Shown here piece after piece: positions 49,468 through 59,113 of a stretch of DNA of 64,000 bases; within the stretch, counting starts at the first letter, position 1, and each line of letters starts with the position of its first letter. Both the position numbers and the translations under genes were made by a program. Under the pieces are notes generated by a model. It was not told the origin of the DNA. It saw only the letters and a list, made by a program, of their open reading frames with translations, and ran no database searches. This DNA comes from an uncultured Myxococcales bacterium (lineage in GTDB: Bacteria > Desulfobacterota > Binatia > UBA1149 > CAITLU01): positions 17,025 through 81,024 of the forward strand of contig CAYYZO010000004.1 of NCBI GenBank assembly GCA_964476185.1. The letters are read 5' to 3'.

Positions 49468-50445
49468 TCATTTCGCCTTCCACTTGTAGTAGAGGGGCGG
49501 AATCGCCTGCAGGGGCCCGAGCGGGCTCATCTGCGCGTGACGCAGGTCGGACTCGATGCGGTCGCAGTGCCGCAGGACCGGGCGCAGGTCGTCGATGCGG
49601 GACGCGATGCGGCGCCAGTCGTCCCAGAGCGCCTCGTCGTCGAACCGGGCCTCGTCGTTCGCGAGCCGGAAGAGCCAGCGGAACGCGTCGCGGGCGAGGA
49701 CGTTCAGGTTCGGCGTGCGGTCGAGGTCCTGGATGTCGAACTTGCTGTGGCGGATGCCGGGCTTGAGGTACTGGGTGCGGTAGATCTCGATCTCCCGCCG
49801 GACGTTCTCGTCGACCGGGAGGCCGAGGCCGCGCGCCATGCGCTCGAGCTCGTGCGCCGGGTTCGCCATCACGTTGTCGTAGTCGACGAACACGCAGGTC
49901 TCGCCGCGCACGCGCTCGAAGTACGGGACGACGTTCGTCAGCCACTCGAGGTCGCTCTTCTCCTGCGTGCCGCGGTGCGGCTCCAGGCGCGCGCGGGAGC
50001 GCGCGACGCTGAGCGGGTTCCGCACGGCGAACACGTAGCGCGGCTCGACGCCGCAACGCTGGAACACGCGTTCGAAGAAGGGGAGGAAGCGGGAGGTGCG
50101 CGCGTACTTGTAGCCCCACAGCGGCGAGTTGCCGAAGCGGCGCCGGATCATCGCGACGCAGTCGTCCTCGATCTTCCTGATGACCGGAAGGTCGTACTCT
50201 TCCGGCTCGATGAGCCGGACGCTGTCGGCGCGGATCCCGAGCGTGCGCTTCAGGCGCCGGCTGATCCTCAGGAAATCGTTGTCCTCGAAGAACCCGGTGG
50301 GGTTCTTGCCGCTTCCGGGACGCAGGTTGTCGCCGAGGTCGATGCCGATCGCCTGCATCCCGCGCGTGATCGCACTGGTGCCGCTGCGTCCTACACCGAG
50401 GATGGTCACCATGACCCAGGGCTTCTTCGCGGCTGGTTCGCTCAT
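49468..50445 (-). CDS. Sulfotransferase family protein
   Basis: ILGVGRSGTSAI (5'-PSB), GFFED, WGYK, VRNPLSVARS (3'-PB). Confidence 0.85.
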   Translation of the reverse strand: MSEPAAKKPWVMVTILGVGRSGTSAITRGMQAIGIDLGDNLRPGSGKNPTGFFEDNDFLRISRRLKRTLGIRADSVRLIEPEEYDLPVIRKIEDDCVAMIRRRFGNSPLWGYKYARTSRFLPFFERVFQRCGVEPRYVFAVRNPLSVARSRARLEPHRGTQEKSDLEWLTNVVPYFERVRGETCVFVDYDNVMANPAHELERMARGLGLPVDENVRREIEIYRTQYLKPGIRHSKFDIQDLDRTPNLNVLARDAFRWLFRLANDEARFDDEALWDDWRRIASRIDDLRPVLRHCDRIESDLRHAQMSPLGPLQAIPPLYYKWKAK

Positions 50446-50459
50446 CGTGGTCGGCCTGC

Positions 50460-51551
50460 CTATTGGCGATGTTCGTGCCGGAGGTCAAACAGGGCGCGAA
50501 CGCGCGCGACGGTGCGCTCGAGGTCGTCGAGGGGCTCGCGATGCCGGGGCGCCGGATCGCCGAAGCGGTGCGCGAGCCCGCGCCGGCGCATCTCGGCGAA
50601 GTACGCGTCGAAATCGCGGGCCGGCTTGAACAGTCCGAGCTCGACGCCCTTGCTCCAGAGCCACGACGGTCGCGCGCGCCGCGCCGCGTGCCCGTTCTTC
50701 GCTCCTTTCCTCGGCCACTCGAACACGGCCGCGGGTTTCCCGGTCGCGCTCGCCTCGACGAGGATCGAAGCGCTGTCGATCGTCACGACGAAGTCGTCGG
50801 CGAGCGCGAGAAACCCCTTGTACGGGTTGTTCGCGGCGTCGTCGCGCTTCCATCGGTACACGACCGACGGCGCGTCGACGGCCGCGGCGAGCGCCTCGGC
50901 GGCCTCCGGCGGCGTGCGGGGGCTGGTGGAGACGAGCAGCGAGCCGCCGCGTTCCTTCGCCATGCGCGAGGCTTCCCGGCCGAGCCGCGCCGCCGTGTCG
51001 GGGTCGAGCTCGTACGCGGAACTGCTGCCGCCGACGAGGACCGCCGTCCACGGCCGCGGAAGGTGCTCCAGGCGCGGGCTCCAGGTCCTCGCCGCCGCTT
51101 CGAGGGCGGCTTCGTCGATGCGGTTCAGCACGCCGGTCACGTGCAGGACGTTGCCGCGCTCGGGAAGCCGGAACTGCGGCATCGTCACGACGAGGTCGAA
51201 GCGCTCGAGCGGGGCCTGCGCGTGCAGCAGGTGCACGAGGCGCGTGCGCCCGCCGGACCGTTTTCGGATCCACTGCGCGATCGGCGCCGAGCGGCGCGAC
51301 GCCGCGATCACGAGGTCGGGCCACGGCGGCTCGAGCGGCGACGAGCGCCGCCGGTCGAGCGAGATCGCCGAGGAGTCGAGCAGCAGGTTCGGCAGGTGGT
51401 TCAGCGCGTTGTGCCGGAGCTGCTTGATCTCGTACGGCCAGCCGAGCGCGTCCGCGAGGCTCTGCATCTGGCCGTTCCCGCCGACGCCCTTGCCGAACAG
51501 GACCCACACGCGCGGCGGCGGCGGGGACGAGGGGGCCGTCGCCGTGCCCAC
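50460..51551 (-). CDS. ELM1/GtrOC1-family putative glycosyltransferase
   Basis: PPWPDLVIAA, AVLVGG, LLVSTSPRTP, NPYKGFLALAD.FVVTIDSASI..EA.ATGKP. Confidence 0.85.
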   Translation of the reverse strand: MGTATAPSSPPPPRVWVLFGKGVGGNGQMQSLADALGWPYEIKQLRHNALNHLPNLLLDSSAISLDRRRSSPLEPPWPDLVIAASRRSAPIAQWIRKRSGGRTRLVHLLHAQAPLERFDLVVTMPQFRLPERGNVLHVTGVLNRIDEAALEAAARTWSPRLEHLPRPWTAVLVGGSSSAYELDPDTAARLGREASRMAKERGGSLLVSTSPRTPPEAAEALAAAVDAPSVVYRWKRDDAANNPYKGFLALADDFVVTIDSASILVEASATGKPAAVFEWPRKGAKNGHAARRARPSWLWSKGVELGLFKPARDFDAYFAEMRRRGLAHRFGDPAPRHREPLDDLERTVARVRALFDLRHEHRQ

Positions 51552-54092
51552 TCAGCCGCTCTTCGCGCGGCGCGGCTCTTCCGGGATGCGGCGGTCGTCC
51601 CCGATCCCGAGCAGCGCGCGCACCCGCTCGGCCACGACTTCGGCCTCGTTGAGCGGGGCGTGCGGCGCGAGGTCGAGCGTGCCGTCGAACATCCTCGCGT
51701 GGCCGCCGGCGACCAGGCCCTGGTGATAGGCCTCGAGGCTGCGGCTCGGGTGCACGATGCCGCGCTCGATCAGCCGCGCGCACAGGTATTCGCGGCCCTG
51801 CTGGGGCCGGAACGTGCCCTTGCCCTTGCGCGGGCGCGAGAACGCCACGCTCGTGACGAAGTCGACGAAGCGCTGGCCGAGCGTCGGCGCCTTCTTGCGC
51901 AGCGGGTAGATGTAAACGGGCTTCCCGGCCGCGCAGGCCTCGGCGAGCATCGACTCGCTCTCGCCGGTGACGACGAGAGCGTCGGCGCCGGCGATGTACG
52001 CGAGGAACGGGTTCTCCTTGCGGTCGGCGCTCCAGCGGTGCACCTCGCCGACCGGCTGGCCGCCGGCGCGAAGGCTCTGTTCCATCAACGTGATCGCGCT
52101 CGCCGGCGTGCGGCGGCTCGTGACGATGACCACGCTGCCGCCGTGCTTGCGGGCGAGCGCCGCCACGTCGTCGCCGAGACGGCGTGCGGTGGTGTCGTCG
52201 AGCTCGTACTGCACGCAGTCGCCGCCGACGAGCACGACGATGCGGGGCGAGGCCTTGCCGGTGAACAGGTCCGGGAACTTCGCGGCCGCCTCGGCCAGCC
52301 GCTGCGGCGTGACCTGGCAGAGCGGCGCGCTCAGCGCGATGCGGCGCTCGTGCGGCGGGTACTTCACGTAGGAACACGTCGCGACGAGGTCGAAGTTCGT
52401 CGCGACGTCGCCGCCCTTGCGCCCCATCGCGATGACCGACGTCCTTCCTTCGCTCCGGTCCGCGATCCAGCGCGCGACCGGGCCCGTGGCCCAGCCGGTC
52501 GAGATCACGAGGTCCGGCCACGGCGCCCGAAGCTCGCCCGCGCGCCGGCCGGAAGGATCGATCGCGAGCGGTCCGACCAGCCGGTCCGTGACCTTCGACC
52601 ACCACGGGAACCCGACGTCCTTGATCTCGTACGGCCAGCCGAGCGTGTCGGCGAGCCCGATCGACTGCGTCGTGTGGCCGGGCTTCGGGTCGGCCAGGAT
52701 CCAGACCTTCGGCGGGGCGTCGTCGAGGCGCTTGCCGCCCTCGCGCCAGTCCACGACCTCGGCGCCGAGCACGGTGCGCCGCCGCACGCCGAGGCGCCAG
52801 CGAACGTCGGGCTGGTTGCGCGAGGCCGCCTCCATCTGCTTGCGCCACCACGCGAAGCCGCGCGGCTGCACGCTGATGCTGCTGCCGTCGGCGAGCCGCA
52901 CGGTGCGCGGCACGTCGTCGACGGCGACGAACGCCGCCTTGCGCGCCCGGTACATCAGCTGGTCGAGGACCCACGGAATGTCCTCGTTCGACAGCAACTC
53001 GAGCCCGGACGTCGAAACGACCGCGTCGAACGGGCCGATCGGCACGTCCATGCCGGTCGCGCCGGTCGCGGTCGGGTCGAAGGCCGTCAGCGTGGCGCCG
53101 GGGTACTTGCCGACGCGGCTTTCGATGGCTTCGTTGCGGGCGTCGGCGAGCGTGAACTCGAGGATGCTGCGCGCGCCGGCCAGCGCGAGCAGTTCGCCGA
53201 GGCCGGACAGCGGCGCGGGCGGCGGCGGGGTCGAGAGCGGGGCCGTGCGGCCGTCCTCGCCGCGCATGCCGCGGATGCGCCGCACGAACCCGGTGTACAG
53301 GGTGTCCTCGGTCAGGAAGTCGTAGGCGCAGTACTCGCGCTGGTCGGCCTCCTTTTCCATGTCGTACCAGATGTGCGAGACCGGTCCCGCCATGTAGACG
53401 AACACCTCGGGGAACGGGTGCCACGGCTGCTCGTGGATCGTCGTGTAGTGGAGGCACTTGGAGTAGCCGTCCACGTAGTCGAAGTCGCGCGCGTGCCAGC
53501 AGGCCTCGAGCTTGCCCCACTCGTGCCTGGACATCTTCTCGATCTGCTTGCGGGGAGTGTGGCTGACGACCTCGTAGGTCCAGATGTCCTTCATCTTGTC
53601 GCAGTCGATGAGCATGACCGCGGTGTCGTCGGGCGAGATCGCGAGGAAGCCCTTGCCGCCCATGTCGGCGTCGAAGAGCTCGGCCGGATCCGACAGGAAG
53701 ATCTGGTCGACGTCGTTGTAGATCGCGCGGCCCGTGCCGGCCCAGTTCGCGATCGCGAAGCGGTAGTTCGTGAACCCGGTCAGCCACCAGCGGCGATCGT
53801 AGCCGCGGACGTCCTTCATCAGGTGGATCTCGTAGACCCTCGACGGGTCGCGGAACTTGTCCACGGAATAGATGAAGAGCCGCTCGGCGCGGTACTGGCC
53901 GGCTTCGGTGCCGAGGTAGATGCGGACCGGCGGCTTGGTCGAGGGCGTGGCGCCGCCGCGGGCGGGAAGGACGACCTTCTGGGGAAGGTCCCGGACGCCG
54001 GCCGTGGGCAACCGTGCCGGATTCGGGAAGATCCTGTCCTTGACGCGTCTGGTGGTGAGAAACGGCATGAAAGCCTCCGCGTGCGCTGACAT
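51552..54092 (-). CDS. Multidomain protein: GT8-like domain, methyltransferase-like domain and ELM1/GtrOC1 domain
   Basis: N-terminal GFTNYRF, IYNDVDQIF, HYTT..QPW; middle FDAVVST..LE...WVL...WW; C-terminal WILADPKPGHTTQSIGLA, TSRRTP, NPFLAYIAGAD..VVTGESESM. Confidence 0.78.
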   Translation of the reverse strand: MSAHAEAFMPFLTTRRVKDRIFPNPARLPTAGVRDLPQKVVLPARGGATPSTKPPVRIYLGTEAGQYRAERLFIYSVDKFRDPSRVYEIHLMKDVRGYDRRWWLTGFTNYRFAIANWAGTGRAIYNDVDQIFLSDPAELFDADMGGKGFLAISPDDTAVMLIDCDKMKDIWTYEVVSHTPRKQIEKMSRHEWGKLEACWHARDFDYVDGYSKCLHYTTIHEQPWHPFPEVFVYMAGPVSHIWYDMEKEADQREYCAYDFLTEDTLYTGFVRRIRGMRGEDGRTAPLSTPPPPAPLSGLGELLALAGARSILEFTLADARNEAIESRVGKYPGATLTAFDPTATGATGMDVPIGPFDAVVSTSGLELLSNEDIPWVLDQLMYRARKAAFVAVDDVPRTVRLADGSSISVQPRGFAWWRKQMEAASRNQPDVRWRLGVRRRTVLGAEVVDWREGGKRLDDAPPKVWILADPKPGHTTQSIGLADTLGWPYEIKDVGFPWWSKVTDRLVGPLAIDPSGRRAGELRAPWPDLVISTGWATGPVARWIADRSEGRTSVIAMGRKGGDVATNFDLVATCSYVKYPPHERRIALSAPLCQVTPQRLAEAAAKFPDLFTGKASPRIVVLVGGDCVQYELDDTTARRLGDDVAALARKHGGSVVIVTSRRTPASAITLMEQSLRAGGQPVGEVHRWSADRKENPFLAYIAGADALVVTGESESMLAEACAAGKPVYIYPLRKKAPTLGQRFVDFVTSVAFSRPRKGKGTFRPQQGREYLCARLIERGIVHPSRSLEAYHQGLVAGGHARMFDGTLDLAPHAPLNEAEVVAERVRALLGIGDDRRIPEEPRRAKSG

Positions 54093-54229
54093 GCGCGAGA
54101 CGGGTTGGGGGGTCCTTCTCCCGAACGACGAAGATACCCTTGCTGGTCCTGTCGCTCAACGAAACGGGAGGCTTCGGGGGCCTTCCGCTTATCCGTGCTC
54201 TTCGCGACGGTAATGCTGGGAGGTCGGGT

Positions 54230-56014
54230 TCAGGCGAGGTCGGTCGTGCCGTCGCCCGCAGCGCCGGCGACGTCGGCGGATGCAGCGGGATCGCCGGCCG
54301 CGTCGGGATGGTCGGCGAACCGCTCGTTTCCTTCGAGCAGGCGCACCCGCCCGTCGCTCAGGCGATAGACGCGGTCGGCCACCTGGAGAAGCCCCGGCTG
54401 ATGGGAGATCGCGAGGATCGTCGTGCGGCCGCGCAGCGAGCGGACGGTCTCGTAGATGCCGGCCTCGCTGGCCGGGTCCAGGGCAGCCGTCGCTTCGTCG
54501 AGGATCAGCAGGCTCGGGCGGTGCACCAGCGCACGTGCGATCGCGATGCGCTGCCGCTGGCCGCCGGACAAGCGCGCGCCGCGCTCGCCGAGCGGTGTGT
54601 CGAGGCCCTGTTCGAGCTCGCGCACGAACCCGGTGGCGCCGGCCGCTTCGAGGGCTTCCTCCACGTCCGTGCGCGTGAGGTCCGGGTCCCCGAGCGTCAC
54701 GTTCGTGAGGAGATCCTCGTGCAGCAGCAGCATCTCCTGCGGCACGTAGCCGACGCGACGGCGCCAGCCAGCGATGTCGATCTCCGACATCGGGACGTCG
54801 TCGAGGAACACCTGGCCGCGCCTCGGGTGCACCAGGCCGAGCGCGAGGTCCGCGATGGTCGTCTTGCCGGCGCCCGACGGGCCGATGATGGCCGTGACTT
54901 CGCCGGCCGGCAGGAAGAGGTCGGCTCCACGGAGGATCGGCCGCTCGTCGTAGGAGAAGTCGACGTCGCGGATCGAGATGCCGCGCTCGAAGACGGGATC
55001 GCGCGTCCCGCTCACCGGCTCGTTCTCGCGCGCCGACTCGTCGATGGTCTTCTGCAGCGACCAGAACGCGCTCTCGCAGGCCGCCATCGCCTGGTACTGC
55101 TTCTGCGATTTCTGCAGGCTGAACAGCGCGCGCGCGAACACGAGCGACAGCATGATGACGTTGTCGACGGCGAGCTCCCAGAACGTCGTCGCGGCGTAGA
55201 GGCCGCCGGTCAGCGACATCACGAGCAGCGGCTCCTGCAGCGCCCGGACCGCTTCCTTGCTCAGCACCTGCCTCTGCAGCGCGCGGTTGAGGCTCTCGGT
55301 CTCGTGCTCGAGCAGCGGCGCGACGAGCGGTTCGCGTCCCATGGCCTTGAGCGGCTTGACGGCATAGAGCACGTCGGTCATGCGCGCGATCAGCGTGCGC
55401 ATGAGGTCGGTCTGCTTGACGCCGGCGCGCTTGGTCCGCCGGACGAGGCCCGAGAGCGCGCCGACCGTGCCCAGCCCGACGAAGGATGCCGCGAGCGTCG
55501 TCTGCCACGAGACCGCCGCGGCGATGCCGACGTAGAGGATCGTCTGGATCAGCTGCGAGACCAGCGTCGTGCCGTACAGGTACGCTTCCGAAGCGCGCGA
55601 CGCCTCGGTGGCGAACGCGTTGGCGAGCATGCCGACCGGCTGGCGCACGTAGTAGAGCCAGCGGGCCGACAGCAGCGCGCGCAGCAGCGCCAGCCGCAGA
55701 TCCGTCGCCACGTGCGCGACGGTGTAGCCGACCTGCCGCTGGGCGAGCAGCATCAGCGTCGCCTTGAGGATGCTGCCGAGCACGATCATCACGAGCAGCA
55801 CCCCGAGCGTGGGCTCGAGGCCGACGCTCGCGAGCCCCGAGCGCAGCGACTGCTCGAGGCCGGAGGGCTCGCCTTTGGAGCCGGTCACCATGCCGAGCAG
55901 AGGGAGAAGGCTGGACAGTCCGATCCCCTCGGCCGCCGCGGCCAGGGTCAGACAGATCAGCATGATGAAGGTGCGCGACGGATAGCGTCGGGCGAGGACG
56001 AGGAGGAGACGCAT
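54230..56014 (-). CDS. ABC exporter, fused permease-ATPase (MsbA/PglK-like)
   Basis: Six-TM N-terminus; GPSGAGKTT, LSGGQRQRIAIARAL, ILDEAT. Confidence 0.93.
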   Translation of the reverse strand: MRLLLVLARRYPSRTFIMLICLTLAAAAEGIGLSSLLPLLGMVTGSKGEPSGLEQSLRSGLASVGLEPTLGVLLVMIVLGSILKATLMLLAQRQVGYTVAHVATDLRLALLRALLSARWLYYVRQPVGMLANAFATEASRASEAYLYGTTLVSQLIQTILYVGIAAAVSWQTTLAASFVGLGTVGALSGLVRRTKRAGVKQTDLMRTLIARMTDVLYAVKPLKAMGREPLVAPLLEHETESLNRALQRQVLSKEAVRALQEPLLVMSLTGGLYAATTFWELAVDNVIMLSLVFARALFSLQKSQKQYQAMAACESAFWSLQKTIDESARENEPVSGTRDPVFERGISIRDVDFSYDERPILRGADLFLPAGEVTAIIGPSGAGKTTIADLALGLVHPRRGQVFLDDVPMSEIDIAGWRRRVGYVPQEMLLLHEDLLTNVTLGDPDLTRTDVEEALEAAGATGFVRELEQGLDTPLGERGARLSGGQRQRIAIARALVHRPSLLILDEATAALDPASEAGIYETVRSLRGRTTILAISHQPGLLQVADRVYRLSDGRVRLLEGNERFADHPDAAGDPAASADVAGAAGDGTTDLA

Positions 56015-56171
56015 CGCGGGCCGCGGCCTGCGTACCGCTTGGGGGGCGGGCGGTCAAGGAGGCTCGCAGCCGTCGTCCCGGCGGCGCGCGGCCTTCGTCC
56101 GCCTCCGGCAGCGGCCGACCGGCCGCACAGTGACGGAAGCGGGTCGCCACGCAGGCTGCTAGGATGCCCCG

Positions 56172-56966
56172 ATGCTCAAGGCGCTCGTGCTTGCAGGTCG
56201 TCGCAGCAGCGGCGACGCGGTGGCGGACAGTTCCGGATTGCGCCACCGGGCGCTGCTGCCGATTGCCGGCGTGCCGATGCTCGAGCGGGTCGTCGACGCG
56301 ATCGAGAAGAGCGGCGTCGCTTCGTCGGTGACGGTCAGCAGCGACGACCCGCAGATCGTCCACGCTACGCCGCGGCTCGCCTCCCTGGCCTCCGAGGGCC
56401 GCGGCTTCCTGTTCTTCCATCGCTCGGCGACGTCGCCGGCCGCGAGCGTCGCGGATTTCCTCGCCGGCGTCGGCGACGGGGAGCCGGTGTTCGCGACCAC
56501 GGCCGACCATCCGCTGCTGACGCCCGAGATCGTCCGGTGGTTCGTCGAGCGCGCGTCCGCGTCGCCGGCCGATGTCGTCGTCGGCATGGTGCCCGCCACC
56601 GTCTACCGGCGCCGCTTCCCCGACCAGCCTCGCACGTTCCTGCGCCTGCGCGGCGAGCAGTACTCGGGAGCGAACCTGTTCCTGCTGCGGACCGCCGCCG
56701 CGATCGCCGTCCCGCGCTTCTGGATCCGCGCGGAGTCCCACCGCAAGACGCCGTGGAAGCTCGCGCGCGTCTTCGGGATCTCGAACCTCTTGTCGTTCCT
56801 GCTGCGCCGCTTCGACCTCGAGGCCGCGCTTCGGCGCGCGTCGGACGTGATCGGCGCGCGCGTCGAAGCCCTCGAACTGCCGTTCGCCGAAGCCGCGCTC
56901 GACGTCGACAAGGAAGCGGACCGCCTTGCCGTCGAGGCCGTGTTCGCCGAGCGATCCGGCGCCTGA
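56172..56966 (+). CDS. MobA-like nucleotidyltransferase (NTP_transf_3; CpgD-like family)
   Basis: ALVLAG, ALLPIAGVPML, TTADHPLL, RTFL...YSGANLF, RK.PWK, AALDVDK..D. Confidence 0.82.
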   Translation: MLKALVLAGRRSSGDAVADSSGLRHRALLPIAGVPMLERVVDAIEKSGVASSVTVSSDDPQIVHATPRLASLASEGRGFLFFHRSATSPAASVADFLAGVGDGEPVFATTADHPLLTPEIVRWFVERASASPADVVVGMVPATVYRRRFPDQPRTFLRLRGEQYSGANLFLLRTAAAIAVPRFWIRAESHRKTPWKLARVFGISNLLSFLLRRFDLEAALRRASDVIGARVEALELPFAEAALDVDKEADRLAVEAVFAERSGA

Positions 56967-57141
56967 CCCCGGGGCTTTCGCCGTCCGACCCGCGAATCGC
57001 GCGGCTTGGGCGGAGCGCGGGGCCGTGTTAACACGCCTCCATGCCGGACGATCCCACGGATGCGGCGGACGCTCACCGCGGAGCGCCGGCTGGCGCGCGC
57101 CGGCGCCCGAATCCGGCGGATCGGGGACGGGTGCGGTCGTG

Positions 57142-57906
57142 ATGAAGTACGTCTTCGACGCCGGGGGACGCGCGGAACTCGCACGTCTCGCACGGTCGAA
57201 CACGCTGGTCGCGTTCGATTTCGACGGCACGCTCGCGCCGATCGTCGCGGACCGCGACCTCGCGCAGATGCGGCCCGAGACGCGCGGGCTGCTCGCCCGC
57301 GTGAATGCGCAGTATCCCTGTGCGGTCATCTCCGGGCGCGGACTCGACGACGTGGCGTCGCGCCTCGAGGCCACGGGTGTCCGTCACGTCGTCGGCAACC
57401 ACGGCATGGAGCCCGGTTCGAGGCTCGGCGAGTTCGAGCGTGCGGCCGAGCTCGGTTTCGAGGAAGCCCGCCGACGGCTGGCCGGTCACGAGGGACTGGA
57501 CTTCGAGCACAAGCGCTACTCGTTCGCCGTCCACTACCGGCGGTCGCGCGACCGCGATGCGGCGCGGCGGGCGATCGACGAGACGATCGCGTCGCTGTCC
57601 GTCGCGACGCGCGTGGTTCCCGGGCACCTCGTCGTGAACGTCATGCCGCACGGCGCGCCGGACAAGGGCGATGCGCTGGACCACCTTCGAGTCGAGCTGG
57701 CCTGCGAGCTCGCGCTGTTCGTCGGCGACGACATCACCGACGAGGACGTCTTCCGGCACGTCGGCGACGGGCGCGTCGTCGGCGTCCGCGTGGGCAGGAG
57801 CGACGAGTCGTCGGCGACCTGGTTCGTTCGCGACCAGGACGAAGTCGACGAATTGCTGCGGGTCCTCGTCGCGTTGCGGGAACCCCGGGTTCCGGAAGGC
57901 TCCTGA
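57142..57906 (+). CDS. otsB: Trehalose-6-phosphate phosphatase-like HAD IIB phosphatase
   Basis: FDFDGTLAPIV, ISGR, GNHG.E, EHK.YS..VHYR, DKG, GDDITDE. Confidence 0.82.
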   Translation: MKYVFDAGGRAELARLARSNTLVAFDFDGTLAPIVADRDLAQMRPETRGLLARVNAQYPCAVISGRGLDDVASRLEATGVRHVVGNHGMEPGSRLGEFERAAELGFEEARRRLAGHEGLDFEHKRYSFAVHYRRSRDRDAARRAIDETIASLSVATRVVPGHLVVNVMPHGAPDKGDALDHLRVELACELALFVGDDITDEDVFRHVGDGRVVGVRVGRSDESSATWFVRDQDEVDELLRVLVALREPRVPEGS

Positions 57907-58076
57907 CCGGGACGCATTCGGTCGCCGCGAGGCGGCCTCGTCTGCGCACGGGCCTTCGCGGCTGGGCGCTGGTCTTTGGGTGGTCCTCGCAATATGGGGT
58001 CGGGCCTCCCGTTCACCGGCGGGCCCCGCGCGCCGATCGAGCGGCGCGACGCCCGGAGGACGGCCTGAATCAGCAC

Positions 58077-59099
58077 GTGCGCATCGGAGTCCTCAGCAAC
58101 CTGCGCGCCGGCGGTAGCGGGGTTCGTGCGGCCAAGGTCGTCGAGCATCTCGCGCGCTATCCCGAGATCGTCCACGTCGAGACCAGCGAGGAGAACGGCG
58201 CGCCGGGTGCGGTGCGCCAGCTCGCCGACGCCGGAGTCGACGTCCTCGTCGTCAACGGCGGCGACGGCACGCTGCAGCGCACGCTGACCGAGGTGATGTG
58301 CGCGACTTCCCCGTTCCGCCGCCCGGGGGACACGCGGGAACTGCCGGGCGAATCCGGCCTTCCGATGATCGTGCCGCTGCGCAGCGGCCGGACGAACATG
58401 ACGGCCTACGACATCGGCACCCCGCGTGATGCGCGCGTCGCCGTCGACCGCCTTGTCGCGCGCGCCAGGAGCGGACGCCTCCAGGAGTCGGTCGTTCGTC
58501 GCGCCGCGCTTCGCATGAAGCTCGAGCCCGACGGAGTCGACCACTGGGGGACTTTCTTCGGCGTCGGCGTGATCTACCGCGGCACGCTGCTCACGCACCG
58601 TATCTTCCCGAGGGGCAGGGCGCAGGGCGTGTTCGGCAGCACGGTCGTCACGGCCGGCCTGATCGCACGCGCGCTGACGGGCCGCGCGCCGGCCGCCCGC
58701 GACGGGGCGGAGGACCCGCTGACCATCGACCCGATGACCGTCCGGCTCGACGGGGAACTGCTCGCGGCCGGCGAGTTCCAGCTGCTGATGGCGACCACGC
58801 TGCAGCGCCTGTTCGCGGGAATCCGGCCGTTCTGGGGCAGGGGGCCGGGAGGGATCCGCTTCACCGCCCTCGGCCCGGGCTGCCTGCGCCACCCGAAGCA
58901 GATCGCACGGGTGCTGCGCGGGCTCGTGCCCAAGGGCAGCGGCGAAGACGACGCCCTCTTCGAGAGCCGCAACGTCGAGAAGGTCGAGTTGTCGCTCGAT
59001 TGCGGGATCTCGCTCGACGGCGAGATGTTCGTCCCGCAGAAGGGCCGCCAGGCGACGCTGCTGGCCGACCACCGCGTTCGCTTCGTGACGACGCGCTGA
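58077..59099 (+). CDS. Diacylglycerol/ceramide kinase-family lipid kinase (CpgB-like)
   Basis: GVLSN, VNGGDGTLQ, PLRSGRTNMTAYDIG, LDGE motifs. Confidence 0.85.
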   Translation: MRIGVLSNLRAGGSGVRAAKVVEHLARYPEIVHVETSEENGAPGAVRQLADAGVDVLVVNGGDGTLQRTLTEVMCATSPFRRPGDTRELPGESGLPMIVPLRSGRTNMTAYDIGTPRDARVAVDRLVARARSGRLQESVVRRAALRMKLEPDGVDHWGTFFGVGVIYRGTLLTHRIFPRGRAQGVFGSTVVTAGLIARALTGRAPAARDGAEDPLTIDPMTVRLDGELLAAGEFQLLMATTLQRLFAGIRPFWGRGPGGIRFTALGPGCLRHPKQIARVLRGLVPKGSGEDDALFESRNVEKVELSLDCGISLDGEMFVPQKGRQATLLADHRVRFVTTR

Positions 59100-59113
59100 G
59101 CTACGTTGGAGCC

